From: Camelus ferus
Lineage: Eukaryota
DNA: 64,000 nucleotides
Assembly: GCF_009834535.1 (NCBI RefSeq)
Contig: NC_045697.1
Span: 77,750,001-77,814,000 of the forward strand
Reading direction: 5' to 3'
Shown piece by piece: positions 1 through 11,610 of the stretch (position 1 is the first letter of the stretch; every line of letters starts with the position of its first letter). The position numbers and the translations under genes are program-made. Below the pieces are notes generated by a model, which was given only the letters and a program-made list of their open reading frames with translations, had not been told where the DNA came from and did not search any database.

Positions 1-212
1 TTGACCATATATGCAAGGGTTTATTTCTGGGTTCTCTAGGCTCTTAAGTCAATCCTATTAAAATCCTAGCTGGCTTCTTTGCAGAAACTGACAAGACGAT
101 CCTGAAATTCATGTGAAAACCGAAACTGATCACATGTAAGTCAATTTAAGAAATACTGCGATCTTAACAATATTAAGTTTTTTGATCCATGAACATGGAA
201 TGTCTATTCACA
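1..212 (-). mobile_element. Old L1 ORF2 fragment (post-RT region) with a small internal inversion at ~50-126
   Basis: 1-39 and 127-212 match L1 ORF2 on the minus strand (catgttcatggat...aatattgttaagat). 50-126 (aatcctattaaaatcctagctggcttctttgcagaaactgacaag) is the adjacent ORF2 segment on the plus strand. Confidence 0.75.
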
Positions 213-289
213 TGGTTTAGTGTACATCATTAATGGATTTAGAAGTCTTTTATTAATTGGTTTTCACCTCAACTTCCATTGTTTTTGAG

Positions 290-665
290 AGCATCCTTAT
301 GCTTGAACTTCTCCACACTCTGTTGCAAATGAAATCAGTTCCTTTGGGAAGAAATTCAAAGCTCTCTGATTTATAGCCCCCCTTCTCTCCCCTGACAAAA
401 TCTCTCAGCCAAGTTTCTAGAGCTGTAGGTAGAAACAGTGATGTGCTTCTTTTTGAGTGACATACCTACTTTAGGAGCTGGGTACTTGGTGGAAGGGGAT
501 GTAGCTGTAGCTTCTGGTATTCTCAGCTTGGGCAAGCAATTTCTCTTTATAAGTGGGCCAGAGCAAGGGCTATTGGAAACCCGGTATTCTTGATGCACTA
601 GCCCCAAAGTAGAGCCTCCATCCCATGAGTGGGGCCTTGGTGTAAGAAAGGAGCATCACCAGAAC
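290..665 (-). mobile_element. Degraded old L1 (L1M-type) 5'UTR fragment
   Basis: gttgcaaatgaaatcagttcctttgggaag...caaagtagagcctccatcccatgagtgggg resembles recalled L1M 5' region consensus. Confidence 0.5.
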
Positions 666-1302
666 TCTTGCCTAAAATCTCCTCTGTATTGTGTTCCAGG
701 GAACTTCATGTTCCTTAATCCCCTTCCCCATAGGATTCTGAGTTAGATTTTGCTAATGCCAACTTGAATGAGATCCAAAGTCTTCTCTATGTTTATTTGA
801 GAACCACCTGCTTCACTGCTTTGGAGCAAATTAGTTGGTGAAAAATTTTTCAGAGAAACTTGAAAATTCCATTTCCTGTGAACCTTAGATACATAACCTG
901 TTGCCTCAGTGCTTCAGATTGTGGTCATCAGTGTCCACTTCACTTTTTCAAAACTTTGATGGCAAATTCCCTGACCTTTGCTCTATCCTTCAGGTAAATC
1001 CTTATAATAATAAACCCTTTATTTCTGGAATTCTTAAAGGGGCTCTGCTTTGTTAAGAAAAAACAAAGACTGAAATGGTCAGGTGCCCAGGGCATATATT
1101 TTGGTAGTTATTGTTTAGTTGAGAAAGACCATAAATGCCAAGAAGAAAAATGGAAGTTTTGTAAGTAAGAATGAGGAGGGGCAACAAGGTGCTGGAGATG
1201 ATCGGAGGGGTTAGGGTCAAGAGTATTGTTGAATGGACAATCCCTGAGCAGGAGGAAGAAGGGACATATCCTTAAGACTGGGTAGAAGTTAAGAATGATG
1301 TT

Positions 1303-1515
1303 GTGTTAGTCTGGTTCCTTTGAAAAGAAGACACCAGAATGGAATACTGTGTGCAAGTTATTCACTGGGGAAAATGCCTATGAGGGAAAATGGAGAGAAA
1401 GATGGAGGAGTCTGGGAGAACTTTGGTTCCGGTATGAACTCTGTGAAGAAAAGATGAAAAAAGGTCGAGTAGGAAGTGCCTTCAGAGCAGTGCAGGTGCC
1501 ATTTTGGAATTCTTT
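1303..1515. mobile_element. ERVL/MaLR-type LTR fragment
   Basis: Starts tgtgttagtctggttcctttg...gtgcaagttattcactgggg, typical of an ancient ERVL-class LTR terminus. Confidence 0.45.
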
Positions 1516-1799
1516 ATCTAACACCAGTGGGCACATCCCACTGAGAACTCCACCCACCCCTGTGCCTCAGCTGGTCCTCACAGCTGCTGAGCAGTAGCCC
1601 CATCCACCAGCACCCTGCAGCAGCCATGGCCCCTCGCGACAGGAGGGCACACACAGACCACCCTTTGAGCTCTTGGCTCTGGTGGCCAGGTGGGACTGCA
1701 CTTCTGAGCTCTGCAGGATGTCCCTTAAATAAGGCTGGTCCTTCAAGAATGGGAGGCATAGCTGGCACACCTAATACATAGAAACAAACAGAGAATATA

Positions 1800-2645
1800 G
1801 AAAGGAATATGTTCTGATTGAAAGAACAAAACAAAACCTCAGAAGAAGGGCTAAAATGAAAGAGGTAAGCAATCTACTTGATGAAGTGTTCAAAGTAATG
1901 GTCATAAAGATGCTCATAAAACTTGGGAGAAGAATGGATGAACATAATGAGAACTTCAACAAAGAGACAGAAAACATAAGAAAGTGCCAAACAGAAATTA
2001 TAATTGGACTGAAAAATACACTAGAGAGGTTCAACAGAAGAACAGATGAGGTGGAAGAACAAATCAGTGAGCTGGAAGACAAAACAATGGAACTCGGGGC
2101 AGCAAAAGGAAAAAAGAATTTTAAAAAGGACATTTGGAACAACATCGAGTGGAGTAACATTTGTGTTATAGGAGACCCAGAATAAGAGAGAGAGGAGGTG
2201 CCAGAAAAATGACTTGAAGGAATAGTGGCTGACAACTTCTCTAATCTGGGGAAAGAAGTAGACATCCAGGTCCAAGAAACCAGAGAGTTCTAAATAAGGT
2301 GAACACCAAGAGACACACACCAAAACACATCATAATTAAAATGGTGAAAGTTAAGGATAAAGAGAGAATTCTTAATGCAGCCAAAGAGAAAAACAACTTG
2401 TTAGTATAAGACAAACACCATGAAGTTATCAGCAAGTTTCCCAGCAGAAACTTTACAGGTCAGAAGGGAGTGGCATGATGTATTCAAAATGCTGAAATAA
2501 AAAACTCCCAAACAAGAATTCCCTACCCAGCAAGGTTATCATTCAGAATTGAAGGAGAGATCAAGTTTCCCAGATAAGCAAAAGCTAAAGGCACGCATCA
2601 TCACTGAAGTAGCCCTACAAGAAACATTAAGAGGACCTCTTAAAG
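1800..2645 (+). pseudogene. Disrupted L1 ORF1p (RNA-binding protein)
   Basis: ORF 1856-2185 reads EVFKVMVIKML...EEQISELEDK...IWNNIEWSNICVIGDPE. Downstream sequence encodes ORF1 RRM/CTD motifs with stops and frameshifts. Confidence 0.85.
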
Positions 2646-3467
2646 CTGGAAAGACATAGTGCTAATTAGAAAACATGCAAAAGTAAAAATCTCACTGGGA
2701 AAGGTAAGTGTATAATAAAGGCAGAGGATCAATCTCTTATAAAGCAAGCATGAAAGTCAGTCAAAACACAGAAGTAGTAAAAATAGCTAAAATTATAATA
2801 ATTAGTTAAGAGATACATAAAATAAAATGATGTAAAACTTGTCAACAAAAGTATATTTTAAAAAGATAAAACTTTGGAATATGTTCAAATTAAAGTCTGA
2901 ATTTAAGTTGTTAAGTAGAACTACCATATGACCCAGATATTTTACTTCTAAGTATTCATTTGAAGAACACAAAAACACTAATTCGATATGATATATACTC
3001 CTTTATGTTCACAGCAGCATTATTTGCAATAGCCAAATTTGGAAACAATCTAAGTGTCCATCGATGGATGAATAAAGAAGATATGGGATATATATATATG
3101 TATATAATGGCATACTATTCAGCCAGAAAACAATAAAATCCTTCCATTTGTGGTAACATGGATGGAGCTTAAAGATATTATGCTAAGTGAAATAAGTCAG
3201 ATGGAGAAAGACAAATATTGTATGATTTCACTCATATGTGGATTAAAAAAAAGGGCACAACAAAGGAACAAACAAAAAACTAAAGCAAACATATGAATAC
3301 ACAGAATGCATTAATGGTTACCAGAAGGAAGAGGGTTGGTGGGGGGGGGGGCCAGTGAGTGAAATGAGTGAAGAGGGTCAACTGTACAGTGAAGGATGAT
3401 AACTAGATTTTGGTGATCATTTTTTAATAGATACAGATGTTGAATTATAATGTTGTACATATGAACT

Positions 3468-3510
3468 ACATATATATCTATATCTATATCTATATCTATC
3501 TATCTATCTC
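3468..3510. repeat. (TA)n/(TATATC)n/(TATC)n microsatellite in the L1 tail
   Basis: catatatatctatatctatatctatatctatctatctatctc. Confidence 0.9.
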
Positions 3511-4519
3511 ACCAAAAAAAGGAAAAAAGAAAAGAAAATATCAAAATTAATTGTGGGAAAGTTATTTAAAATTTTAAATTATTTATATTTAAATCAAATC
3601 TTACCTAATAAGAAATGGTGTAAATAATTTTTCTCCACTGGAAGTATGGCTCCTAAAAGGAAGGAGAAAAATCCTTCTATGCATTTCTAGTCACATTGCT
3701 GGCCGCTGAGGCGCAGTTCTGGTCATTTTAAATAGGCTCTTTTAAACCAATTTACATGGGGGACATTTTGAACAATTGTGCTGACAGTTTGAAATAGGTT
3801 CTGTCAACACTGAACTGAATTATTTCAATAGTTTATTTTTTTCTCTTTGCGAAGCTAGCCAAAACGAGTGGATAAGATAGGTCCAATATTTACATTGAAA
3901 TTAGTCCAATTAGAACTTTGGCAGTAGAGCTATGATCTCCCAGCCACGAGTTGAGTGTTTTAGAGAAACCTGCATGTGGTCAAGGCATGCACATGGAATG
4001 GCTTTGGCAATGGGTAGAGGCTGTCCAGAGAATGATAAGTTAGTTTGTGTCCTTTATTCACTCTTCATTCGTGGAGGGGAGAATAATCCTGTCACTGCAG
4101 GATTTAGCATGTTCACTGGAAAACTGATGATGTCAAAATTAGTAAATGATATCATGTTCTCTTCCATTTATGCCAGTGTCATATCCATATTGAAATGAAA
4201 GCCTTCCAATTGTTAATTTAAAAAACAGGAAGAAAAATTTTAGATCCTATCTTCTAGTGAACACATTCAGTACTCTCTGTTGTGGTTTAGAGTTCCTGAT
4301 TTTAGGAGCACATAACAATTCTGCTGATTTAATGTGCAACAATGACACACATGAAGACCTTAATCTTGCCTGTGGAATAACTCCTGAATAGGTAACCCAA
4401 GCTTTGGAAAATTGTAATGTTTATTGACAGCTAATTATTGTTTTTTTAAAATTCTGTTTCCAAGTTGGTTTTTTTTAAATTAAGTTTTCCTAAGGCCAAC
4501 AGAGTAAATTTTAGATTTA

Positions 4520-4785
4520 CTCGGTCCAAAAGGTAGGTTCTGGCCGCACATGGCTAGTAAGCATTGAAATGTGGTTGGTTCAATTTGAGATGTGCTGTAA
4601 GTGGGAGATACGTACAGATTTCAAGTCTTAATACAAAAAAAGAGTAAAATGGTTATTGATTCATGTTGATTGATAATATTTGGATATATTGTGTTAATAT
4701 ATACATATGTACTGATTAATTTTAGCTATTTTAACTTTGGACTTATATATGGGCCTTACATTATATTTGTTTTAGACAACATGGT
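4520..4785. mobile_element. MER33/MER3-like hAT-Charlie DNA transposon
   Basis: gaaatgtggttggttcaatttgagatgtgctgtaagtg...gataatatttggatatattg...cattatatttgttttagacaac. Confidence 0.7.
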
Positions 4786-5812
4786 TATAAAATATTCCAG
4801 AAGCAAAGATGAAGAAGTATCAGGGTTACCCTACTAAAAGACACAAAAAAGGTTAAAAAAAAAAAGCAAAGAAAAAGCAAGGTGAGTCAAAATCAGGAAA
4901 AATACAGTGGGAAAAATACAAATAAGCAATCAGAGTTGATGTAGAATTCTCATGATCTCATAAATTATTTCAGAGACGTTTAGGTGAGAGAAATGTGCTC
5001 ATGAAAGGAAGAAGTATTTTTTTTTCAAGTTACCCTGCGTCAAGGATATTGGCATGTTGTGGTTAGTCTTTTCTTCTAGTGACAGGATTACAGACATACA
5101 ATTCTAGAGATAGGCAGGTGGAGAAAAAATTTCAGAACTCTACTGGGGAGAAAAAAGATTTCTTTTAAAATCATTTTTTATTATTAAAGACAAGGAGCTG
5201 TGTAATAGCTAATCATCTCAATGGTGTTATCGCTCTGAGTAGCATATTAGTACATTCACAATTTTAAAGCCCTTTCTATTTAATTTCAGAGATTCTATTC
5301 CTGGAAGAATAACTTACAGACTAGCATTCTGAAAATATGCAAGGAATTATATGAATAATTGTTCAGTTGAATAGGATAAAGGATAGATACTCATGCTCAT
5401 ATTGTGTGTTCATAAATTAAACCTGCCCATCTGTAGGAGGCAATTGGTAGCTACCTTTCAGTTAACATTTTTAGTTTTGATCATAATCATTCAAGAGCTG
5501 GCATTTTTGCAAGACTAGGAAGGATTGTAATTTACAGTTGTACAAGAGGTGATGATTTATTTGCTCACTGAAATTTTCATTTGAATTTGATGTGGGAGAA
5601 TATCTGAATATCATGAAAAGAAAATTTACAACCACCAAACCCCTTAAAATCTGATGAAAAAGATTGTATCTCTTGTCCAAACACATGTCTTGTAAACTTA
5701 ATTCAAAGTATATAGCTGAAATGTCTAGCCTAATTATGGCAAAAAGACTTTAAAGAATTCTTTTGTTTTGCAATTGCTTGCTTATATATTAAATTAGTTT
5801 TGAACTCAATAT

Positions 5813-5922
5813 ATTTTTTTAAATAAATAGGTTTATTTATTTTTGATGGAGGTACTGGGGATTGAGTCAGGACCTTGTGCATGCTAGGCATGCACTCTAC
5901 CACTGAGATATACCCTCCCCCC
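5813..5922 (-). mobile_element. tRNA-derived SINE, camelid vic-1-like, with an 11-bp TSD
   Basis: Minus strand reads ggggggagggtatatctcagtggtagagtgcatgcctagcatgcacaaggtcctgactcaatccccagtacctcc plus an A-rich tail, with degenerate A/B boxes. TSD gaactcaatat at 5802-5812 and 5923-5933. Confidence 0.9.
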
Positions 5923-6034
5923 GAACTCAATATTATAAAATAATAAAACTACCCTAAATTCTTTGTTTTAAATTTTATCATTGGTTGATATTGTCAAGAG
6001 AATGGTATAGTAACATGCCATTTTCTTTCACTGG

Positions 6035-6255
6035 ATCATTCATTCACTCATTCATTCAATAAATACTTATCTACCTACTATGTGCCAAAAACTAACTTAA
6101 GTACTAAGGATTCATAACAGCAAAAGACATGTCCATGTTGCCATGTCACTGTCAGTTCAGTGGAGAAATAGCCAGATGAGCAGATAAGTCATCAAACAAG
6201 GGAAGTGATGTAAGAGGGAGCTGAACCAAGAATGATGGGGCACAGAGAGGAGCAA
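6035..6255 (-). mobile_element. L2 3' end fragment
   Basis: cattcattcactcattcattcaataaatacttat...ctactatgtgcc. Confidence 0.7.
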
Positions 6256-6659
6256 GTAACCTTCATTTAAGAGAAACCTTCATTTTCCTTAAAAAAAAAC
6301 CCTTTCTTCCACAAAGGGAAGTTAAAGCTGTAGGAATATGGATATAAGGTAATGCATTCCTCATTTCAATATGCAAATTGAACAAAGATTTCTAATTAGA
6401 TGCTATAGCTGCTTCTGGTTTTATAAATGGAGAATTTCACTACCTTCTACAATGGACACTGTACACTGTGCATTAAGAGTATGTATATGACAGAAGGAAG
6501 ATCATTACGTAGCAGAAGGAAAATTATTTGATAGAGAGCGCAACATACTAAAACTGGGCTTCCTACTAGTAAGCAGCTAAGAGATGGTTACGAAGAAGAA
6601 GATGGCACAAACAAGTGATGAGCAGTCAACATCTGCTCTCACTTACTTAAGACCACAGT

Positions 6660-6900
6660 GTTTGGTGCCAATCAATCTCGGGTTAATGTATTTTGGGTAA
6701 TGTGCCATTTACTAACTGTGAACAGTTATGAAAGTCAATCAATTCCTTGAAGATTCAGTTTTCTTCTGTGAAAAAGGGGGATAATAATACTTCATAGGGT
6801 TGTTGTGAGGATTATATGAGAAAATCTTAGTAAAACTCTTAGCACAGAGCCTGGGAATAAGATATGTTTAATAAATGGTGGCCACTATTATTATTAATTT
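6660..6900 (+). mobile_element. MIR SINE
   Basis: cagttttcttctgtgaaaaagggggataataatacttcatagggttgttgtgaggatta. Confidence 0.75.
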
Positions 6901-7267
6901 ACCTTGCCAAGTTTTTTTTTTTTTTTTTTTAATCTTTACATGGGTTATTGATCCTCTGGCACTATTTCTGGGACTTTTACTCCTTAAGGCTAGAAAGGGA
7001 TCAACAAAGGGAAAGACTTATGGAGAGACTGGCTTCAGACCTAACAGAAGTAGCCACCTGCTTGTAGTGCTTTCTTTCACAGAAAATCTAAATCGAGAAG
7101 TATCATGGGTGGCTGGAACACAGGTTAAAACTCAGAAAGTCAACAAATACTTATTGCAGCACAGCTAAGGACACAAAATTCTGTAGACTCCGTCATTGGA
7201 TCTCTCTGATTCTCAGTTTCCTTGTCTATAAAGAGTTGGGTTAGCCCTCCAGCTTCAATTACAAGTT

Positions 7268-7475
7268 GTATTAGTTAGAATTAGATGCTGCTGTAACTGG
7301 AAAAGCAAAACTGTAAACAGAACAGAGTTTGCTTCTGCCTTGCAAAAGAGTCCAGGGTGTTGCCATCCAGGGGTGGTACAGCAGATCTGCTCTGCAAAAA
7401 CCCAAAAGGCCTAAACTGCTTGTGCGGATCCCTGAGGAAGTAGTCCCCATCTTCTTCGTCCAAGATGGTGACTGG
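7268..7475. mobile_element. Old MLT1-type (ERVL-MaLR) LTR, interrupted by a retrocopy and resuming at ~8403-8470
   Basis: tgtattagttagaattagatgctgctgtaac...ccaagatggtgactgg, with continuation aagataatgactggagtgctagagcc after the insertion. Confidence 0.55.
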
Positions 7476-8402
7476 TATCAAAAGATCAAAAACCTGGTTA
7501 GAGATGCCAGGCTTTGCAATGAGGGTCCTGAGACTAACCACTAATGTGGCTTTATGGACGCCGGGGATAGAGGAGATCCACGTGTAGCAACCACTTGGTC
7601 ACAGCAGCTATTAATCCTTTCTTTAGTGGCTGAAATGACCCCTCCACTCTATTTTTATGTTGATTTTCTATTTAATTTCAGAGATTCTATTCCTGGAAGA
7701 ATAACTTACAGACTAGCATTCTGAAAATATGGAAGGAATTATAAAAGCGAAGGCTGCCAATCCGAGTGGCACTCAAATGTGAGGAACTGCTGGTCTTGAA
7801 AATTTTTTCCCATTAAATTCAGCTGATCATACTGATCAGTAGATAAATGTAAATAACTTCAAAATTTAAGTCTAGTTCAGTGTTTTTTCACTGTATAAAA
7901 CAATGTCAGTGCTTTAACAATTCTCTTCTATATCAGGGCATTTTTCTACTTCCTTGTATATTACATTTTCAACTATTCATTTGTAAATTTACATGTAATA
8001 TGCATTATTTGCCAGTTATATGCTGTAGGCTATGGACCTCATTGTATATAGAAAGATAGAAATCTGGCTCTACCACAAGTTGCAAAATGTTATCTAAGCA
8101 CTAAGTAATTGTGGAATATAGACAGTGAACCTCAGTTCACTGTGTGATGTCAAGTGCAGAATGTATAAATAGCTGGTGATTTCCTCACACTTTGGATACT
8201 GTTTGTACCTGTAGGTTTTTCAGAAAGACATCGGTAGACTCTGTATTCCTTTTGTACTTTTAATACAATAATATACGTATTTGTTACATTTTTGATGAAG
8301 ATGGTAGAAATGTTCTATATTTATTTTTCTGTATCCAATTTGTTCAAGCTGAAAATAAATAAATATAACATAAAGCCTTATCTATTAAAAAAAAAAAAAA
8401 AG
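7476..8402 (+). pseudogene. 5'-truncated processed retrocopy of a cellular mRNA 3'UTR (parent gene not identified)
   Basis: AT-rich UTR-like sequence 7744-8386 with aataaa signals (~8354-8363) and a poly(A) at 8387-8401. Degenerate TSD aagatggtgactgg (7462-7475) / aagataatgactgg (8403-8416). Confidence 0.75.
7665..7743 (+). repeat. 79-bp direct copy of 5273-5351 (one mismatch)
   Basis: tttctatttaatttcagagattctattcctggaagaataacttacagactagcattctgaaaatatg[c/g]aaggaattata at both positions. Confidence 0.97.
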
Positions 8403-8519
8403 AAGATAATGACTGGAGTGCTAGAGCCACAGCCAGAAGAGATATCTGCACGCTGGACATCAGGGACAATGTGACAATGAATAACGGGCAAAGAGAACAC
8501 GAGGTATTTTGTTTAAAAG

Positions 8520-8660
8520 GGTTAAAAAATTAACTATTTTAAAGTGTAAAATGTAATGGCATTTAGAATAGTCACAATGTTGTGCAACCACCACCTCTAA
8601 CTAGTTCTAAAACATTGTCATCACTCCAAAAGAACCCCCACCCCAACACTCAGTTAGGCA
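8520..8660 (-). mobile_element. Old L1 3' end fragment
   Basis: ttttaaagtgtaaaatgtaatggcatttagaatagtcacaatgttgtgcaaccaccacctcta. Confidence 0.7.
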
Positions 8661-8719
8661 GGCAGTTACATGATCATTCTGTTTTAAATGGCAACCTCTA
8701 CACTCTATCCTCATTCCCT

Positions 8720-9160
8720 CCTTTAGCTCCTCAGGATTGCTAGAGACTTAGAACAACAGAAGTTTAATGCTTCACTGATAGGAGACTAGAAGTCTGTGAT
8801 CAGGTTGTTGGCAGAGTTGGTTCTTTTTGAGTTTTAAAAATCTGTTCCACACCTCTCCCTAGCTTCTGGCAGTGTGTTGGCAATCTTTGGTGTTCCTTGT
8901 CCTGTGTGTGCGTCACTCTGATGTCTGCTGCATTCACAGAGCATGCCCCTTGTACATGTCTGTGTTCAAATTTCCCCTTTTTATAAAGATATCTGTCATA
9001 TTGGATTAGTGACCCAGCCTACTCCACTATGACCTCATCTTAACTAATTACATCTGCAATAGTATTATTGACAAATATGGTCACATTAGGAAGTCCTGAG
9101 GGTTAGGCCCTCAACATATGAACTTCGTCGGGGCGGGGGGACACAATTCCGCTCATAAAA
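8720..9160. mobile_element. MLT1 (ERVL-MaLR) solo LTR
   Basis: acaacagaagttta...gacctcatcttaactaattacatctgcaat...ggggacacaattc. Confidence 0.85.
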
Positions 9161-9922
9161 TCATCCAATATACTACATATCTTATTTATTATGCTTGCGG
9201 TTTGTTTCCTCCCAGTTAAGTATCAGCTGCCCGTACAGCAAGCGTTGTCAGTCTTCCCAAACTAGCTAAGCAATGCATGAACAACCAACAGTTGCAATGT
9301 AAATTTCTGGAAGACAGGAAATTTTTCAGTTTCGGACTCTGCTGAAACAACTTCACTTAGAATCTGGCACTTAATAAATATTTGTTAGTTAAACCAATGA
9401 CATTTAGAGTCAGACAGACGAATCTTGCCTTTATTTAATAGACTCCATGATAAGCAATCAGCATAATAATCACTTTTGGAAGAAAAAGAGGGATATCTGC
9501 ATTTCTGAAAATCTGGACATGAGAAGGGTATTTTCTCTGGGAGGAAATATTCTTTATTCATGACTGTTAATCATGATGTAAAATGACTAATACACCAGAA
9601 AAATTAGAATTACTACCTTTCCCACTTTCCTTAATTTTCCAATGAGATCTGAAATTTTCTACATTTTCATGGATGAACCATTTCCTTGTTTGTACCCCGT
9701 TAAAGTTACATGGCATCTGTTAGACAAATTTTTTGGTGGTGATTACAAAACAATCTTGTTTTTTATAGAATAAGAAAGGAAAAATTTTATATGGCCAGGT
9801 AAAAAGCTTTGTGTGATAACATGAAAAATAGAACCGAACAAAGTTTAAAAGGGCAACTATTTAAATGCCTTACAGAACTGCTTAGAAAGGCCCAAATAAG
9901 TCATTTCATCAAGATCAGCAGG

Positions 9923-9941
9923 CTGTCAGCAGGTGGCGCTA
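9923..9941 (+). promoter_or_regulatory. Candidate CTCF binding site
   Basis: ctgtcagcaggtggcgcta closely matches the CTCF core (CCASYAGRKGGCRSY) and lies in non-repetitive DNA. Confidence 0.6.
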
Positions 9942-10259
9942 TTCCGTCTTCACTTAGGAACCCTGCAAGCAATCACCTTGGAAATGACTGAAAAACAATT
10001 GAAATAGTTTCCTTTTTTAGCATCGTAATTCAGACAAGTGATCTAGGGTTAAAACCGTTTTTTTTTTTTTTTCAATAGAGGCATGTCTTTCTCCAGTATT
10101 TTATTTTCATCAAAACTACCTAAATATAGGTACTCCATTCATTGAAAGAAAATTGAAGTAGTGAAGTAGGTGATAAAGATGAGAAAATATTAGAACTTGT
10201 TGCATGGGCATTTTCTCACCATGCCCAGAATGTCCATTCTAAATTGCTTGGCATTTAAC

Positions 10260-11610
10260 TAATTCAGTTCACTGAGAATATTTAGTACTCACAGTATGTC
10301 CAGCAAAGTAATAGATACTTAGCATTTATCCATGAACAAAATTGACAAAGATTCCTGTATCTGTGCAGCTTCTATTATAGCATAGGGAGAAAGATAACAC
10401 AAATGAAAAATAAGAAAATATTATAGTATGTTAGAAAGTAGTGAATGCCACCATGAAAAAATAAAGAACATGGTAAGGCTCAAAAGTCCTCGGCAGTAGG
10501 GAACTTTGATTTCATAGAGGGTATTTACTCATTGAGGTGAAATTTAAGTGCGGCTGTAAAGAATGTATGGTAAACAGCCAGGTAAACACCTGGGAAAGAG
10601 TAGTCCACGCAGAGAGAAGAGCCCACCCAAAGACCTTAACGTGGGAGCATGTCTGGCTTTGGAGAACTCAGCAAGGAGGCCAGGACGGCAGCAGTGGGGC
10701 GAGCAAGAAGGAAGAGCAGTAGGTGATGTGGTCAGAAAGGTGAGGTGGAGGGCAGATTATGCAGGGCCTTGCAGATCATTATAGGAAATTATAGGAAGTA
10801 GTACTATAGTTGGGTTCTGAACAAAAGAGTAACTGATCTGATTCATGTTTTTAAAGGATCATTTTGTCCTGTGATGAGAATAGCAGACTGTGGAGTGCCA
10901 AGGGTAGACCGCAGGAGACGAGGTAGGGGCTACTGCAGCAACGGAGGCAAAAGTTGATAGTGGCTCAGACCGGAAATCAATGGAGGGAGTGAGAAGTAGC
11001 TGGATTCTGGATATTTATTTTAATATTAGAGCTGATTTTTAAAAAAATCTGATAGATTGGATGTTAAGTTAGAGATATCTCAAGAAAGACTTCAAAGTTT
11101 TTATCTCTATGAAGTGAAATGATAAGGAAGACTGTGGGAGGAGTAAATTCTGCAGCGTAAATCAGCAGGTGCCAGCTGAACATGATGATTTTGTAATGTC
11201 CACTATGAACTGAGATGGAAAGATTATGGGAAATAAAAGTTTGGAGGAGAGGATCAGGGCCACAGCTTTGGACATATCAAATGTGAGATGTCTTTAGCCA
11301 TCAATGTGGCAAGAAGGAACTTCTGAAGATTGTTGAGTGTGAAACTGCTAATCTGTTCGCATCAGCGTGGAACGCCTCAGAACGGGAAAGACTGGAATAG
11401 AGAAAATGATCCAGAAGGTGATTATAAACAGGGCCAGATAAGGAAAGCCAGAATTTTAATTGTCAGTAGGTGTGGAAATGAGGAGAAGGACAGTGATACT
11501 GCACAAGCAGAATGTCCAGAACTTAGTGGCTGGTTAGACTTGTAGAATGAGAAAGAGATTAGAAGCCTGGGTGATGGGATGGTGGTTAGTGACATTAGTC
11601 AAACAGAAGA
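10260..11610 (-). mobile_element. L2 fragments
   Basis: Typical L2 motifs: tgggagcatgtctggc, gagaagtagctggattctggatat, tttggacatatcaaatgtgagatgtct. Confidence 0.75.

Larger units (their letters stand above)
1520..3535 (+). mobile_element. ORF1-only L1 derivative (HAL1-like): partial 5'UTR, decayed ORF1, spacer, ORF2 C-terminal tail, 3'UTR, A-rich tail
   Basis: ORF1 homology ~1800-2645. Spacer to ~2912 joins directly to tagaactaccatatgacccag (end of ORF2), then an L1 3'UTR and an A-rich tail at 3514-3540. Confidence 0.8.

Noticed and set aside
1771..2435. 164-aa and 100-aa minus-strand ORFs with hydrophobic, Ser-rich sequence
   Set aside because: These are antisense shadows of L1 ORF1.
5845..5922. 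tRNA-like sequence
   Set aside because: The A-rich tail and TSD show it is a SINE, not a tRNA gene.
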